Source of the DNA: an uncultured cyanobacterium
GTDB taxonomy: Bacteria > Cyanobacteriota > Cyanobacteriia > Cyanobacteriales > Nostocaceae
Reading direction: 5' to 3'
NCBI GenBank assembly: GCA_963740315.1
Contig: CAVUDP010000001.1
Span: 551,003 to 583,002, forward strand
DNA: 32,000 nt
Shown: one piece after another, positions 24,724 to 32,000 of the stretch
Position numbering within the stretch: the first letter of the stretch is position 1
How the letters are laid out: each line of letters begins with the position of its first letter
Position numbers and translations under genes: made by a program
Notes under the pieces: generated by a model
Told to the model about the DNA's origin: nothing
Database searches by the model: none
Seen by the model: only the letters and a program-made list of their open reading frames with translations

Positions 24724-24856
24724 ATTGAAAAAACTACTGGGTCCAACTTTTATCTAACGCAACAGCTATTTAACAAAGAAATGCTAAACAACTTTTGTAT
24801 CAAGACAAAAATTAAACCCAGTAAAAAAGTGTTATTTATTTCTTGAAATTAAGAAC

Positions 24857-25633
24857 TTAGAAGCGGTTGCCGCCTCCACGAGAAGGTACTAAGTTTAAGT
24901 AATCTAAGCTGGAAGCCTTGATGGTTTGAGCGTAGTTACCTTTATTGCTAACAGAAGCAGCCATGTCCGCATATTTACGGGGGTCGCCTTCAGAAAGTCG
25001 CTGGTTTTTAGCTTTTTCGGAGTAGAATTTATCCAAGGTAAAGCGCCAGTCGGTTTTGACGGTTCCGGCGGTTTCTCGGAAGTCTTCGTTGTAACGAGGA
25101 GTTACCAAGTTAAAAGGACGACCTTCCATGCGTTTGCGCTGGTAAGGTACGGTGTTATCGCCGAAGCTGTTGGTATACTCTTCGCTATCCACAAGGGCAT
25201 TAACAAAGCCGTCGAAACCTAAAGTCGCAATTTTGATTGACCAAGCAATTTCTTCTTCTTTATTGTAAGCCGCACGTCCTAATAAACGTCTGAGACAGAT
25301 ATCTACTAAGCGATAGTTGTTGTTAACTTCAACTACTACGCGGTAAAAAGCTTCAGACTGGGCTAAACCACGAATAAAGTCGCGTGTTGTAATAGAACCG
25401 TTTTTCAACTGAGATTCTAAATTCTTTTGGCGGTTAAAATTTAGAATTTCATGTTCGCTGAAAAGTTGACGATATCCTGCCCAAATGATGTTTTGAATAT
25501 CGGTGTAGTCACCTACGTCTTCTAAACGATAGATATATGGTGTATCTTCGTTTCTGTCAGCTTTACCAAAGCTTTTGACTCTTTGATTTTGAGTGGTGGG
25601 TTTGTATTGAAGTAATGGCAATACCATTTGCAA
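24857..25633 (-). CDS. cpcG: Phycobilisome rod-core linker CpcG, third paralogue (CpcG4-like)
   Basis: 258 aa with a PBS-linker domain ([11 protein letters not shown]...[18 protein letters not shown]...[21 protein letters not shown]...). It is the last gene of the cpc operon. An alternative start lies two codons downstream. Confidence 0.9.
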   Translation of the reverse strand: MQMVLPLLQYKPTTQNQRVKSFGKADRNEDTPYIYRLEDVGDYTDIQNIIWAGYRQLFSEHEILNFNRQKNLESQLKNGSITTRDFIRGLAQSEAFYRVVVEVNNNYRLVDICLRRLLGRAAYNKEEEIAWSIKIATLGFDGFVNALVDSEEYTNSFGDNTVPYQRKRMEGRPFNLVTPRYNEDFRETAGTVKTDWRFTLDKFYSEKAKNQRLSEGDPRKYADMAASVSNKGNYAQTIKASSLDYLNLVPSRGGGNRF

Positions 25634-25703
25634 TTATCCTCTGATTTTATTAAGTGTTTCAATCCTTTTACTTATTTTCCCTTATGACGGTCAAAGTAAA
25701 TAA

Positions 25704-26447
25704 TTATCGCAAGGGGAAACTTGCCGTTGTACTTATAGAAACCGGAATTCCTTCGGGTTTGCTTTCTTTTGTCATGTCGGGAATTTCGATGTTAGCGGTG
25801 CTAACTGGCTTATGCTCGACTATTCTTATTGAAGCCGAATTCGCCATATCCAAGAAATTATTGATATCACCCCATTTGTAGCGACTAACTTCTTGCTTAT
25901 CGCGCCAATAGTCGGCGTAACGAGGAGTTACTAAGTTAAATGGTCTACCTTTGTAACGGCGACGTTGGTAGGGAACCGTATTTTCTCCAAAGTTAGTTTG
26001 ATATTCTTCCGAATCAATCAAAGCATCAACGAAGTTACCCCAACCCAAGGTAGCAATCTTAATTGACCAAGCAATTTCTTCTTCTTTATTGTAAGGCGCA
26101 CGTCCTAAAAGACGTTTGAGACAAATTTCAATCACGCGATAGTTGGAGTTTGTCTCAACTACCAAACGTCGAAATGATTCTGACTTCGCCAAACCCCGGA
26201 TAAAATCGCGCACGGTAATTGCCCGATTCTTCAACTGAGATTCTAGATTCGATTGACGGTAAAACTTGAGAATTTCGTGTTCGCTGAATACTTGGCGATA
26301 TCCAGCCCAAATTAATTCCTGAATCTCGTCATAGTTAGGAGAATCTTCCAAGCGATAAATTCTAGGTGTATCTTCGCTGGGAACTTCATAACCCTCAACC
26401 CGCTGGTTTTGAGAACTGGGTTTGTATTCTAATAGTGGAATTGACAT
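25704..26447 (-). CDS. cpcG: Phycobilisome rod-core linker CpcG, second paralogue
   Basis: 247 aa starting [22 protein letters not shown], with a PBS-linker domain. Confidence 0.92.
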   Translation of the reverse strand: MSIPLLEYKPSSQNQRVEGYEVPSEDTPRIYRLEDSPNYDEIQELIWAGYRQVFSEHEILKFYRQSNLESQLKNRAITVRDFIRGLAKSESFRRLVVETNSNYRVIEICLKRLLGRAPYNKEEEIAWSIKIATLGWGNFVDALIDSEEYQTNFGENTVPYQRRRYKGRPFNLVTPRYADYWRDKQEVSRYKWGDINNFLDMANSASIRIVEHKPVSTANIEIPDMTKESKPEGIPVSISTTASFPLR

Positions 26448-26658
26448 GGTTTTCTTAGGTTAAAGGTTAAAGGTCCAAAGGTTGGGAGCTAGGAGTGAGG
26501 AGTGAGGAGTTGTGTAATTTTGGATTTTGGATTTTGGATTTTGGATTTTGGATTTTGGATTGGGAATGAGGAGTTATTAATAATTATTTTCCCCTTGTCC
26601 CCTTGTCCCCTTGTCCCCTTGTCCCCCCATCTCCCCATCCCCCCATCTCCCCATCTCT
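26448..26658. repeat. Composite STRR block between two cpcG genes: (aggttaa), (ggagtga), (ttttgga)x6, (cccttgt)x4, (ccccatct)-type units
   Basis: Read directly. The whole spacer is built of heptamer or near-heptamer arrays. Confidence 0.95.
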
Positions 26659-27501
26659 TTAAGTAGTCTTCCTACCGGGTACGTAGCGGTAGGGTAAAGC
26701 AACTTCTGTAGGCTTGATGCTAACTTGAGGTGTGGTAGATTCGCGTGTCATATCCGGAATCTCCATGTTTCTAACTTGAGAAGTTACTGTAGCAATGGTT
26801 CTTTGGTAGTTCCGCTCTTCGGTTTTGATACCGCTAGCCATTGACATAAAGTTGCTGGGAATAACTTTGCGAATTTCTTCTCCGGTTGCGTAACCTCCCG
26901 ATGTCCGAGCGGTGTAGTAAGAACCACCTCCATAATTCCGCATGGACAGACGGTTACGGAAGTCTGCACCGTAGCGGGGATTTACTAAGTTAAATGGTCT
27001 GCCTTCGTAACGGCGACGCTGGTAGGGTACGATGTCGTTACCGAAGTTCTGGCGGTACTCGTCGCTGTCTACTAAAGCATCGATAAATCCATGCAAACCT
27101 TTGGTGGCAATAATAATTGACCAAGCTATTTGCTCTTTTTTGTTGTAGGTTGCACGCCCCAAAAACCGTTTGAAGCTGATATCAACTAAGCGGTAGTTGG
27201 AGTTGGTTTCTGCTACTTCTTCCCGGTAAACGTCTGTCTTTCCTAAACCTCGGATGAAATCGCGCACGTCGATCGCCCGATTCCGCATTTGCGATTCTAG
27301 ATAGGGTTGGCGATATGTCTGTAATATCAAGTGTTCGCTGAAAATTTGACGATAACCAGCCCAGATGATTTCATCAATATCTTGATCTGAGGTGGCATCT
27401 GTCAATCTATACATAAGGGGCGTGTCTTCGCTAGGCACTTCATAGCCTTCGACACGCTGATTTTGAGAACTGGGTTTATAATCAAGTACTGGGATTGACA
27501 T
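26659..27501 (-). CDS. cpcG: Phycobilisome rod-core linker CpcG, first paralogue (CpcG1-like)
   Basis: 280 aa starting [22 protein letters not shown], with a PBS-linker domain and a long C-terminal extension. Confidence 0.92.
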   Translation of the reverse strand: MSIPVLDYKPSSQNQRVEGYEVPSEDTPLMYRLTDATSDQDIDEIIWAGYRQIFSEHLILQTYRQPYLESQMRNRAIDVRDFIRGLGKTDVYREEVAETNSNYRLVDISFKRFLGRATYNKKEQIAWSIIIATKGLHGFIDALVDSDEYRQNFGNDIVPYQRRRYEGRPFNLVNPRYGADFRNRLSMRNYGGGSYYTARTSGGYATGEEIRKVIPSNFMSMASGIKTEERNYQRTIATVTSQVRNMEIPDMTRESTTPQVSIKPTEVALPYRYVPGRKTT

Positions 27502-27581
27502 AAGTATTATTTTATGTAATTGGACATCTGTAAAAATCCCCCCAACCCTCCCAATTTGCCGCTAATTTGAGGGGCTTTTTA

Positions 27582-28202
27582 TTAACTGGCGACTTGCTGT
27601 GTCGCTAAAACTACGCGGGCGCGAACGGCTGCTTCAGCATCGCTTGCACGCATTTGAGAAAACTTTGCTGCAATTTCCTGGTGTAAACTCGGAATTTTTG
27701 CTAACTCCTGCAAACCAACAACAGCAGCATAGCGAATTGCCCAGTCTGCATCTTGAGTAATTGAAAGCAGGGTGGAAAGTGCTTTTTTTTGCGCGATCGC
27801 CCGACAATTTTCATCGAGAAGGTGCCACTGTAAGCAACCCAGCCCTTTGGCAGCAGCCCGACGCACGCTAGGAGCAAAGTCTGTTTGGGCGGCTTCTAAT
27901 AATAAGTCTAAGGCATCGGGGTGAGCGATCGCTGCTAAGGTGCGAATTGAATAAGCTCGTGCGCCATAGTTATAATCATCAATTTGTTCGAGCAGTTGCG
28001 GTACGGCTATTTCCCCAAACTCTGTTAACCCAATAACCGCTATTACTGCGGCGGCGGGATTGTTATATCCAAATACGGCAATCAAAGTGGGAATTGCTGC
28101 CGTGTCTTTTACTGCTACTAAGTTGTTTACTGCCGACACCATTCCGACAGACGAATCAGCCTCGGTGACGGCGCGAATTAAGTTTGGGGTGTCGGCGATC
28201 AT
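27582..28202 (-). CDS. cpcF: Phycocyanobilin lyase subunit CpcF (HEAT-repeat protein)
   Basis: 206 aa with HEAT-like repeats (VRRAAAKGLG, IRYAAVVGL). It sits directly after cpcE in the cpc operon. Confidence 0.88.
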   Translation of the reverse strand: MIADTPNLIRAVTEADSSVGMVSAVNNLVAVKDTAAIPTLIAVFGYNNPAAAVIAVIGLTEFGEIAVPQLLEQIDDYNYGARAYSIRTLAAIAHPDALDLLLEAAQTDFAPSVRRAAAKGLGCLQWHLLDENCRAIAQKKALSTLLSITQDADWAIRYAAVVGLQELAKIPSLHQEIAAKFSQMRASDAEAAVRARVVLATQQVAS

Positions 28203-28449
28203 GAATTTTAGATTTTAGATACTTCGGCAAGCTCAGCACAAGTTTTGGATTTTGGATTAAAAATATTTTGCTAAGATTTCGGATTTGGGAATTAGGGGTT
28301 AGGAGTTACGAGTTAGTTGTAAATAAAATATTACCGTTTGAATTAGGTTTTTGCGTCGTTTCGTGATTCTAATAAATGTGGATAAGACGTAGCAGTGCGG
28401 AACTCTCTACAAAGTGACTTGTAGGCAATCAAAATCAACTAACAACTAA

Positions 28450-29280
28450 CTATAAAAGCGAATCCATTAGTTGCATTAACTTGATGGCGTTATCGTTGAG
28501 GGTAAATGGTTCTCCTTGAAGCTGATTTTCCAGCAAACCCTTGAGGGCTATTAGTTTGAAGCTGTTTTCAACGGAGGCAGTTTTAATTGTGTCTGCTGCT
28601 TCCATATATCCCACGGCACCCAAATCACTTAATGCCATGCGACGCAGTTTCAAATCGCTGTTTTGCAATACTTGTACCAACCGCTCTCCATATTCTGGTT
28701 TTCTTGTTAATTGGTACATTGCTCTAGCGGCAGCACACTGCACCCGGATTACCGGATGTTCGAGAAATGGCTGAATAATATCTATAGTTTCAACTGCACC
28801 AATTGCACCTAAAGCTTCTAATACTGCTTCGTAAGGCTGGGTTAAGTGAGGTCTTCCGGGTACTTTTACGGCTGCCTCTACACCTCCATCTAATAGCTGT
28901 AACAGTGCAGGAGTAGCGCTTGCATCGCCCAGCATTTCTAAAGATTGGGCTGCGGCTTCACGCACGTAAAAATCCGAGCATTCCAAGCATTTAATTAAAC
29001 CTGGTACCGCTCGGTTATCGCTTAATTTACCTAAAGCTCTTGCAGCATTACGTCGTAGAGGATAGCCCCCTAATTCCGTGCGATCGGCAACGTCAGCTAA
29101 AGCTGCAATTAAGGCATCAACGACTTCCGGATTATTGACGCGAAACTTACCCAGCCACCAAGCAGCATAATAGCGGAGACTTAAGTCTTCAGATTGCAGA
29201 TTAACAATTGCTTGCTGTGGGGTGAGTTGTGGTGCGTTTTCTGTAGTATCTTCCGCACTCGGTTCAATCATCGCCCTCAA
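28450..29280 (-). CDS. cpcE: Phycocyanobilin lyase subunit CpcE (HEAT-repeat protein)
   Basis: 276 aa. It has the conserved LRYYAAWWLGKFR motif near the N-terminus and multiple HEAT repeats (RRNAARALGKL, VREAAAQSL, VQCAAARAM). Confidence 0.9.
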   Translation of the reverse strand: MRAMIEPSAEDTTENAPQLTPQQAIVNLQSEDLSLRYYAAWWLGKFRVNNPEVVDALIAALADVADRTELGGYPLRRNAARALGKLSDNRAVPGLIKCLECSDFYVREAAAQSLEMLGDASATPALLQLLDGGVEAAVKVPGRPHLTQPYEAVLEALGAIGAVETIDIIQPFLEHPVIRVQCAAARAMYQLTRKPEYGERLVQVLQNSDLKLRRMALSDLGAVGYMEAADTIKTASVENSFKLIALKGLLENQLQGEPFTLNDNAIKLMQLMDSLL

Positions 29281-29286
29281 AATATA

Positions 29287-29583
29287 CTATTTTTTCTTTT
29301 CCGATTTAGATTTTTTTCCTTCAGATTCGCTATCAGGCTTAAGTGCAGATTCAGCGGTAACTTGCTCAATATTCAGAATCTTACCGCCCATGCGGGTAAT
29401 CCGCTGCATTTCTTCGTTCATGCGGTTGTATGGTACCGTCATGAATACGCTACCGCTACGACGAATTTGATAGTTATTCTTATCAGTTTCCTCGTTCTGA
29501 CGTAAACCTACAACTTCATAACGAAACATCCGGCTTTTTGCACTAGAAATTCCGTTAGTACCAACTGTTGTTTGTCCGTACAT
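29287..29583 (-). CDS. cpcD: Phycobilisome rod-capping linker CpcD (small CpcD domain) with a Lys/Ser/Glu-rich C-terminal tail
   Basis: 98 aa. The sequence SRMFRYEVVGLRQNEETDKNNYQIRRSGSVFMTVPYNRMNEEMQRITRMGGKILNIE is a canonical CpcD domain. The tail KPDSESEGKKSKSEKKK is extra. Confidence 0.9.
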   Translation of the reverse strand: MYGQTTVGTNGISSAKSRMFRYEVVGLRQNEETDKNNYQIRRSGSVFMTVPYNRMNEEMQRITRMGGKILNIEQVTAESALKPDSESEGKKSKSEKKK

Positions 29584-29602
29584 TAAATTACTCCCCCGTT
29601 AC

Positions 29603-29782
29603 GATTTTAGATTTTAGATTTTAGATTTTAGATTTTGGATTTTGGATTGAGAGTTAGGAGTGAGGAGTGAGGATCACCGGAGTTAGGACCACCGGAGTTA
29701 GGAGTTTTCTACCCCCTCTACCCCCTCTCCCCTTGTCTCCTTGTCTCCCCATCCCCCAATCTCCCCATCCCCCCCTCTCTCC
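29603..29782. repeat. Composite STRR block in the cpcC-cpcD spacer
   Basis: The order is (tttagat)x4, (ttttgga), (ggagtga), the duplicated caccggagttagga unit also seen at 20168-20200, and then C-rich ccccctcta / ccttgtct / ccccatc units. Confidence 0.95.
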
Positions 29783-30643
29783 CTAAGCTGGCGTTACGCT
29801 AACAATCTTCCCGCCTTGACGCACAATTTGCTGCATCTTATCTGAAAGGCGTTCGTAAGGTACGACGATCGCGTAGCTGCTGCGTCTGACTTTGGGATAT
29901 TTTGGAAAAAGCTGACCTGTTACTTCGATGCGATACGAGCGATCGCCTGTTCCGACTGCATTTCCAATATTTTTTCTTGGTGATACATCGTTAGTTGCAC
30001 GGTAGTTCCAGTTACTGTTACTACCCGATGGTCCCACAATCGAAGACGCGCTGTTGGTTCCTAATTCTCTGGCTAAACGAGACTTGCTGCCTTCTACCTG
30101 AGCGCGATCGCTATTTGCATAACCCCGGTATAAACGGAACATCCGGTTAAAACCGACAGTTTTCTGTCCCGGTTGGGTTGAAAATCCGCGATAGTAAGGT
30201 ACTATGTTATCTCCGAAATTTTCCGTATACTCCATCGAGTCTATGTATGAGTCTATGTCAACGTCGTACCCTTTGTTATGGTACACATCGTTGTGATAGC
30301 TTACTTCCGACTCATCGTAAGGAGCGCGTCCTAATAAATGTTTGTAGTTTAATTCGATAAACCGAGTCTGGAAACTGTTGTAGAAAAACTTATTCTTATA
30401 CAATTCAGATTTTGCTACCGCACGCACAAACTCGCGCACTGTCATATTTCCATCACACAAAAGTGACTCTGCACTTTTGAGTCTTTCCGCAGCCATTAAA
30501 TAATCATTACCTAAAAGCTGCAAATATACCGCACGAATTACGCCTTGTACATCTTCCTTTGTGGCGTTCGGACGTAATTCGACTCTTGGTAACTCATCAA
30601 AGGCTTCCGTTCCCAGCCTGGATGCTGCTGATGTAATCGCCAT
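29783..30643 (-). CDS. cpcC: Phycocyanin-associated rod linker CpcC (PBS-linker domain plus C-terminal CpcD domain)
   Basis: 286 aa with an N-terminal PBS-linker domain ([16 protein letters not shown]...[15 protein letters not shown]...[13 protein letters not shown]). The C-terminal SYRIEVTGQ...[24 protein letters not shown] is a CpcD-like domain. Confidence 0.93.
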   Translation of the reverse strand: MAITSAASRLGTEAFDELPRVELRPNATKEDVQGVIRAVYLQLLGNDYLMAAERLKSAESLLCDGNMTVREFVRAVAKSELYKNKFFYNSFQTRFIELNYKHLLGRAPYDESEVSYHNDVYHNKGYDVDIDSYIDSMEYTENFGDNIVPYYRGFSTQPGQKTVGFNRMFRLYRGYANSDRAQVEGSKSRLARELGTNSASSIVGPSGSNSNWNYRATNDVSPRKNIGNAVGTGDRSYRIEVTGQLFPKYPKVRRSSYAIVVPYERLSDKMQQIVRQGGKIVSVTPA

Positions 30644-30713
30644 TGTTAATATCCCCTTTATTTTCCCGCTTGCAGTTGAAGCGATTTTTGATAAAATTTT
30701 TTATCTAACTAAC

Positions 30714-30787
30714 TGTCAAAAACAATGCCCGGAAACCGATACAACTGCTAGGTGATAAACCCCATCCAGCAGCACCACTCTCCGGGC
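30714..30787 (-). terminator. Long stem-loop downstream of cpcA (candidate partial terminator or mRNA-stabilising structure within the operon)
   Basis: On the minus strand, GCCCGGA...(about 47 nt with inner pairing)...TCCGGGC is followed by aTTGTTTTT, about 12 nt after the cpcA stop. Confidence 0.45.
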
Positions 30788-30798
30788 AGAACGCTCTA

Positions 30799-31287
30799 CT
30801 AACTTAAAGCGTTGATTGCGTAATCGATGTAGGTGTTGGCTTCGTTAGCAGCTTGACCGCTTAAACCGTGACTGTTTTTGATGTTCTTCAAAGCTTCTAC
30901 GTACCAGCTAGGAGACAATTCAAAAGAACGGTTGATTTCATCCAAACCTGCAATCAAGTACTCATCCATAGGACCTGTACCACCAGCTACCAAGCAGTAA
31001 GTTACCATGCGTAGGTAGTGACCTACGTCACGAGCGCACTTGGACTTACCACGAGAATCAGCAGCGTACTGAGGTCCCTGCATCTGAGTGGTGTAAGGAT
31101 ATTTCTGATACACAGCTTGAGCCGCGCCATCAATCAACTGCTGAGCTTTGGAAGTCAAAGCGCGAGCAGCTTCCATGCTAGCAGCAGCGCGATCGAAACG
31201 ACCGTTAACAGCTTGCAATTCGGTGTTGCTTAAGAAGCGACCTTGGGTATCAGCAGATGCAATTGCTTCAGTAATTGGTGTTTTCAT
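30799..31287 (-). CDS. cpcA: C-phycocyanin alpha subunit
   Basis: 162 aa, [27 protein letters not shown]...[51 protein letters not shown]. This is a canonical CpcA, including the Cys84 bilin site context. Confidence 0.97.
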   Translation of the reverse strand: MKTPITEAIASADTQGRFLSNTELQAVNGRFDRAAASMEAARALTSKAQQLIDGAAQAVYQKYPYTTQMQGPQYAADSRGKSKCARDVGHYLRMVTYCLVAGGTGPMDEYLIAGLDEINRSFELSPSWYVEALKNIKNSHGLSGQAANEANTYIDYAINALS

Positions 31288-31385
31288 GTCTTACAATCTC
31301 CTTTAATGTCTTGTTCTTTTTTTTGCCTGAATACCGATTTCTCGGTTCCGGGTTTCTTTACTCGTGAGATAACAGTATTTCGCTA

Positions 31386-31904
31386 TTACGCAACCGCAGC
31401 AGCAGCACGGTCAAAGTAACCACCCAATTCAGACATCAATTGGCTGCAATCACCCTTGGTGATACCGTTGGGATCGTTAGCCATCTTGATAGCAGTATCC
31501 TTCATTTTCTGAACGCCAACTGCTACGGAAGAACCGGGAGTACCCAAAGCTTGGTAAGTTTCGCGCAAACCATTCAAGCAGCGATCGTCTAATACACTTG
31601 CGTCACCAGCCAACATAGCGTAGGTAACATAGCGCAAGATGATTTCCATATCGCGCAAGCAAGCAGCCATACGACGGTTGGTGTAAGCGTTACCACCAGG
31701 AGCAATTAACTGGGGCTGCTCTTCAAACAATGAACGAGCCGCATCGGTAACGATTTGAGAAGCATTGCTGGTGATGCGGTTTACGGTATCCAAACGAGAA
31801 TTCTTATCCTTAATCATGTTGCTTAGAGCATCTAGTTGCTCTGAGCTTAAGAATTCACCTCTGGAGTCAGCTTGGGAAACTACCTTAGCGAATGCGTCTA
31901 ACAT
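31386..31904 (-). CDS. cpcB: C-phycocyanin beta subunit
   Basis: 172 aa, ...[85 protein letters not shown]... This is a canonical CpcB with both bilin-attachment Cys contexts. Confidence 0.97.
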   Translation of the reverse strand: MLDAFAKVVSQADSRGEFLSSEQLDALSNMIKDKNSRLDTVNRITSNASQIVTDAARSLFEEQPQLIAPGGNAYTNRRMAACLRDMEIILRYVTYAMLAGDASVLDDRCLNGLRETYQALGTPGSSVAVGVQKMKDTAIKMANDPNGITKGDCSQLMSELGGYFDRAAAAVA

Positions 31905-32000
31905 CGACTTTTCTCCTGATTGCTTAGTTTTTAAGTATTGCCTTGATTAAAAATGGCAGCGTTTTATCAACGGACGGGATATAACAGATGTTGTTTAAAC

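Noticed and set aside
24926-25881. Plus-strand ORFs 24926..25222 and 25654..25881
   Set aside because: They are antisense to well-supported cpcG genes and have no motifs.
29287-29340. The Lys/Ser/Glu-rich tail of CpcD (KPDSESEGKKSKSEKKK) as a frameshift or mis-called stop
   Set aside because: The CpcD domain is complete upstream, and the tail is in frame and ends 6 nt before the cpcE start. It is most simply a lineage-specific low-complexity extension, and the sequence gives no evidence of error.

Overview
Chromosomal segment from a filamentous, probably heterocyst-forming cyanobacterium (Nostocales-like). This is inferred from the low GC content, many HIP1 GCGATCGC palindromes, abundant heptameric STRR-type tandem repeats in intergenic spacers, a devBCA-family exporter, and a long phycocyanin operon. 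The right third (24.8-31.9 kb, minus strand) is a complete cpcB-cpcA-cpcC-cpcD-cpcE-cpcF-cpcG-cpcG-cpcG operon. The middle carries a devB-devC-devA-like tripartite ABC exporter with a divergent TetR regulator. It also carries an HD phosphohydrolase, a GNAT acetyltransferase, an HLIP gene, and a 1062-aa membrane-anchored protein built from seven roughly 100-aa repeats. The left part holds housekeeping genes (queF 5' end, SRP RNA, YciI-like, 2H phosphoesterase), a cluster of MITE copies, a TPR Ser/Thr kinase, and a rhomboid homologue that lacks the catalytic Ser and His. The most unusual locus is a co-directional cluster at 9.2-13.6 kb. It contains a Uma2-family nuclease, a retropepsin-like aspartic protease tightly abutted to it, and an NLR-like STAND NTPase (NB-ARC plus about 10.5 near-identical 42-aa TPR units). 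The NTPase's N-terminal helical module is separated from the NB-ARC part by a single in-frame TGA. I read this as a candidate NLR-type conflict or cell-death system, either intact-but-split or recently pseudogenised. No CRISPR array, tRNA, rRNA, transposase or prophage genes were seen. All calls rest on reading the translations and the DNA by eye; no database searches were run.
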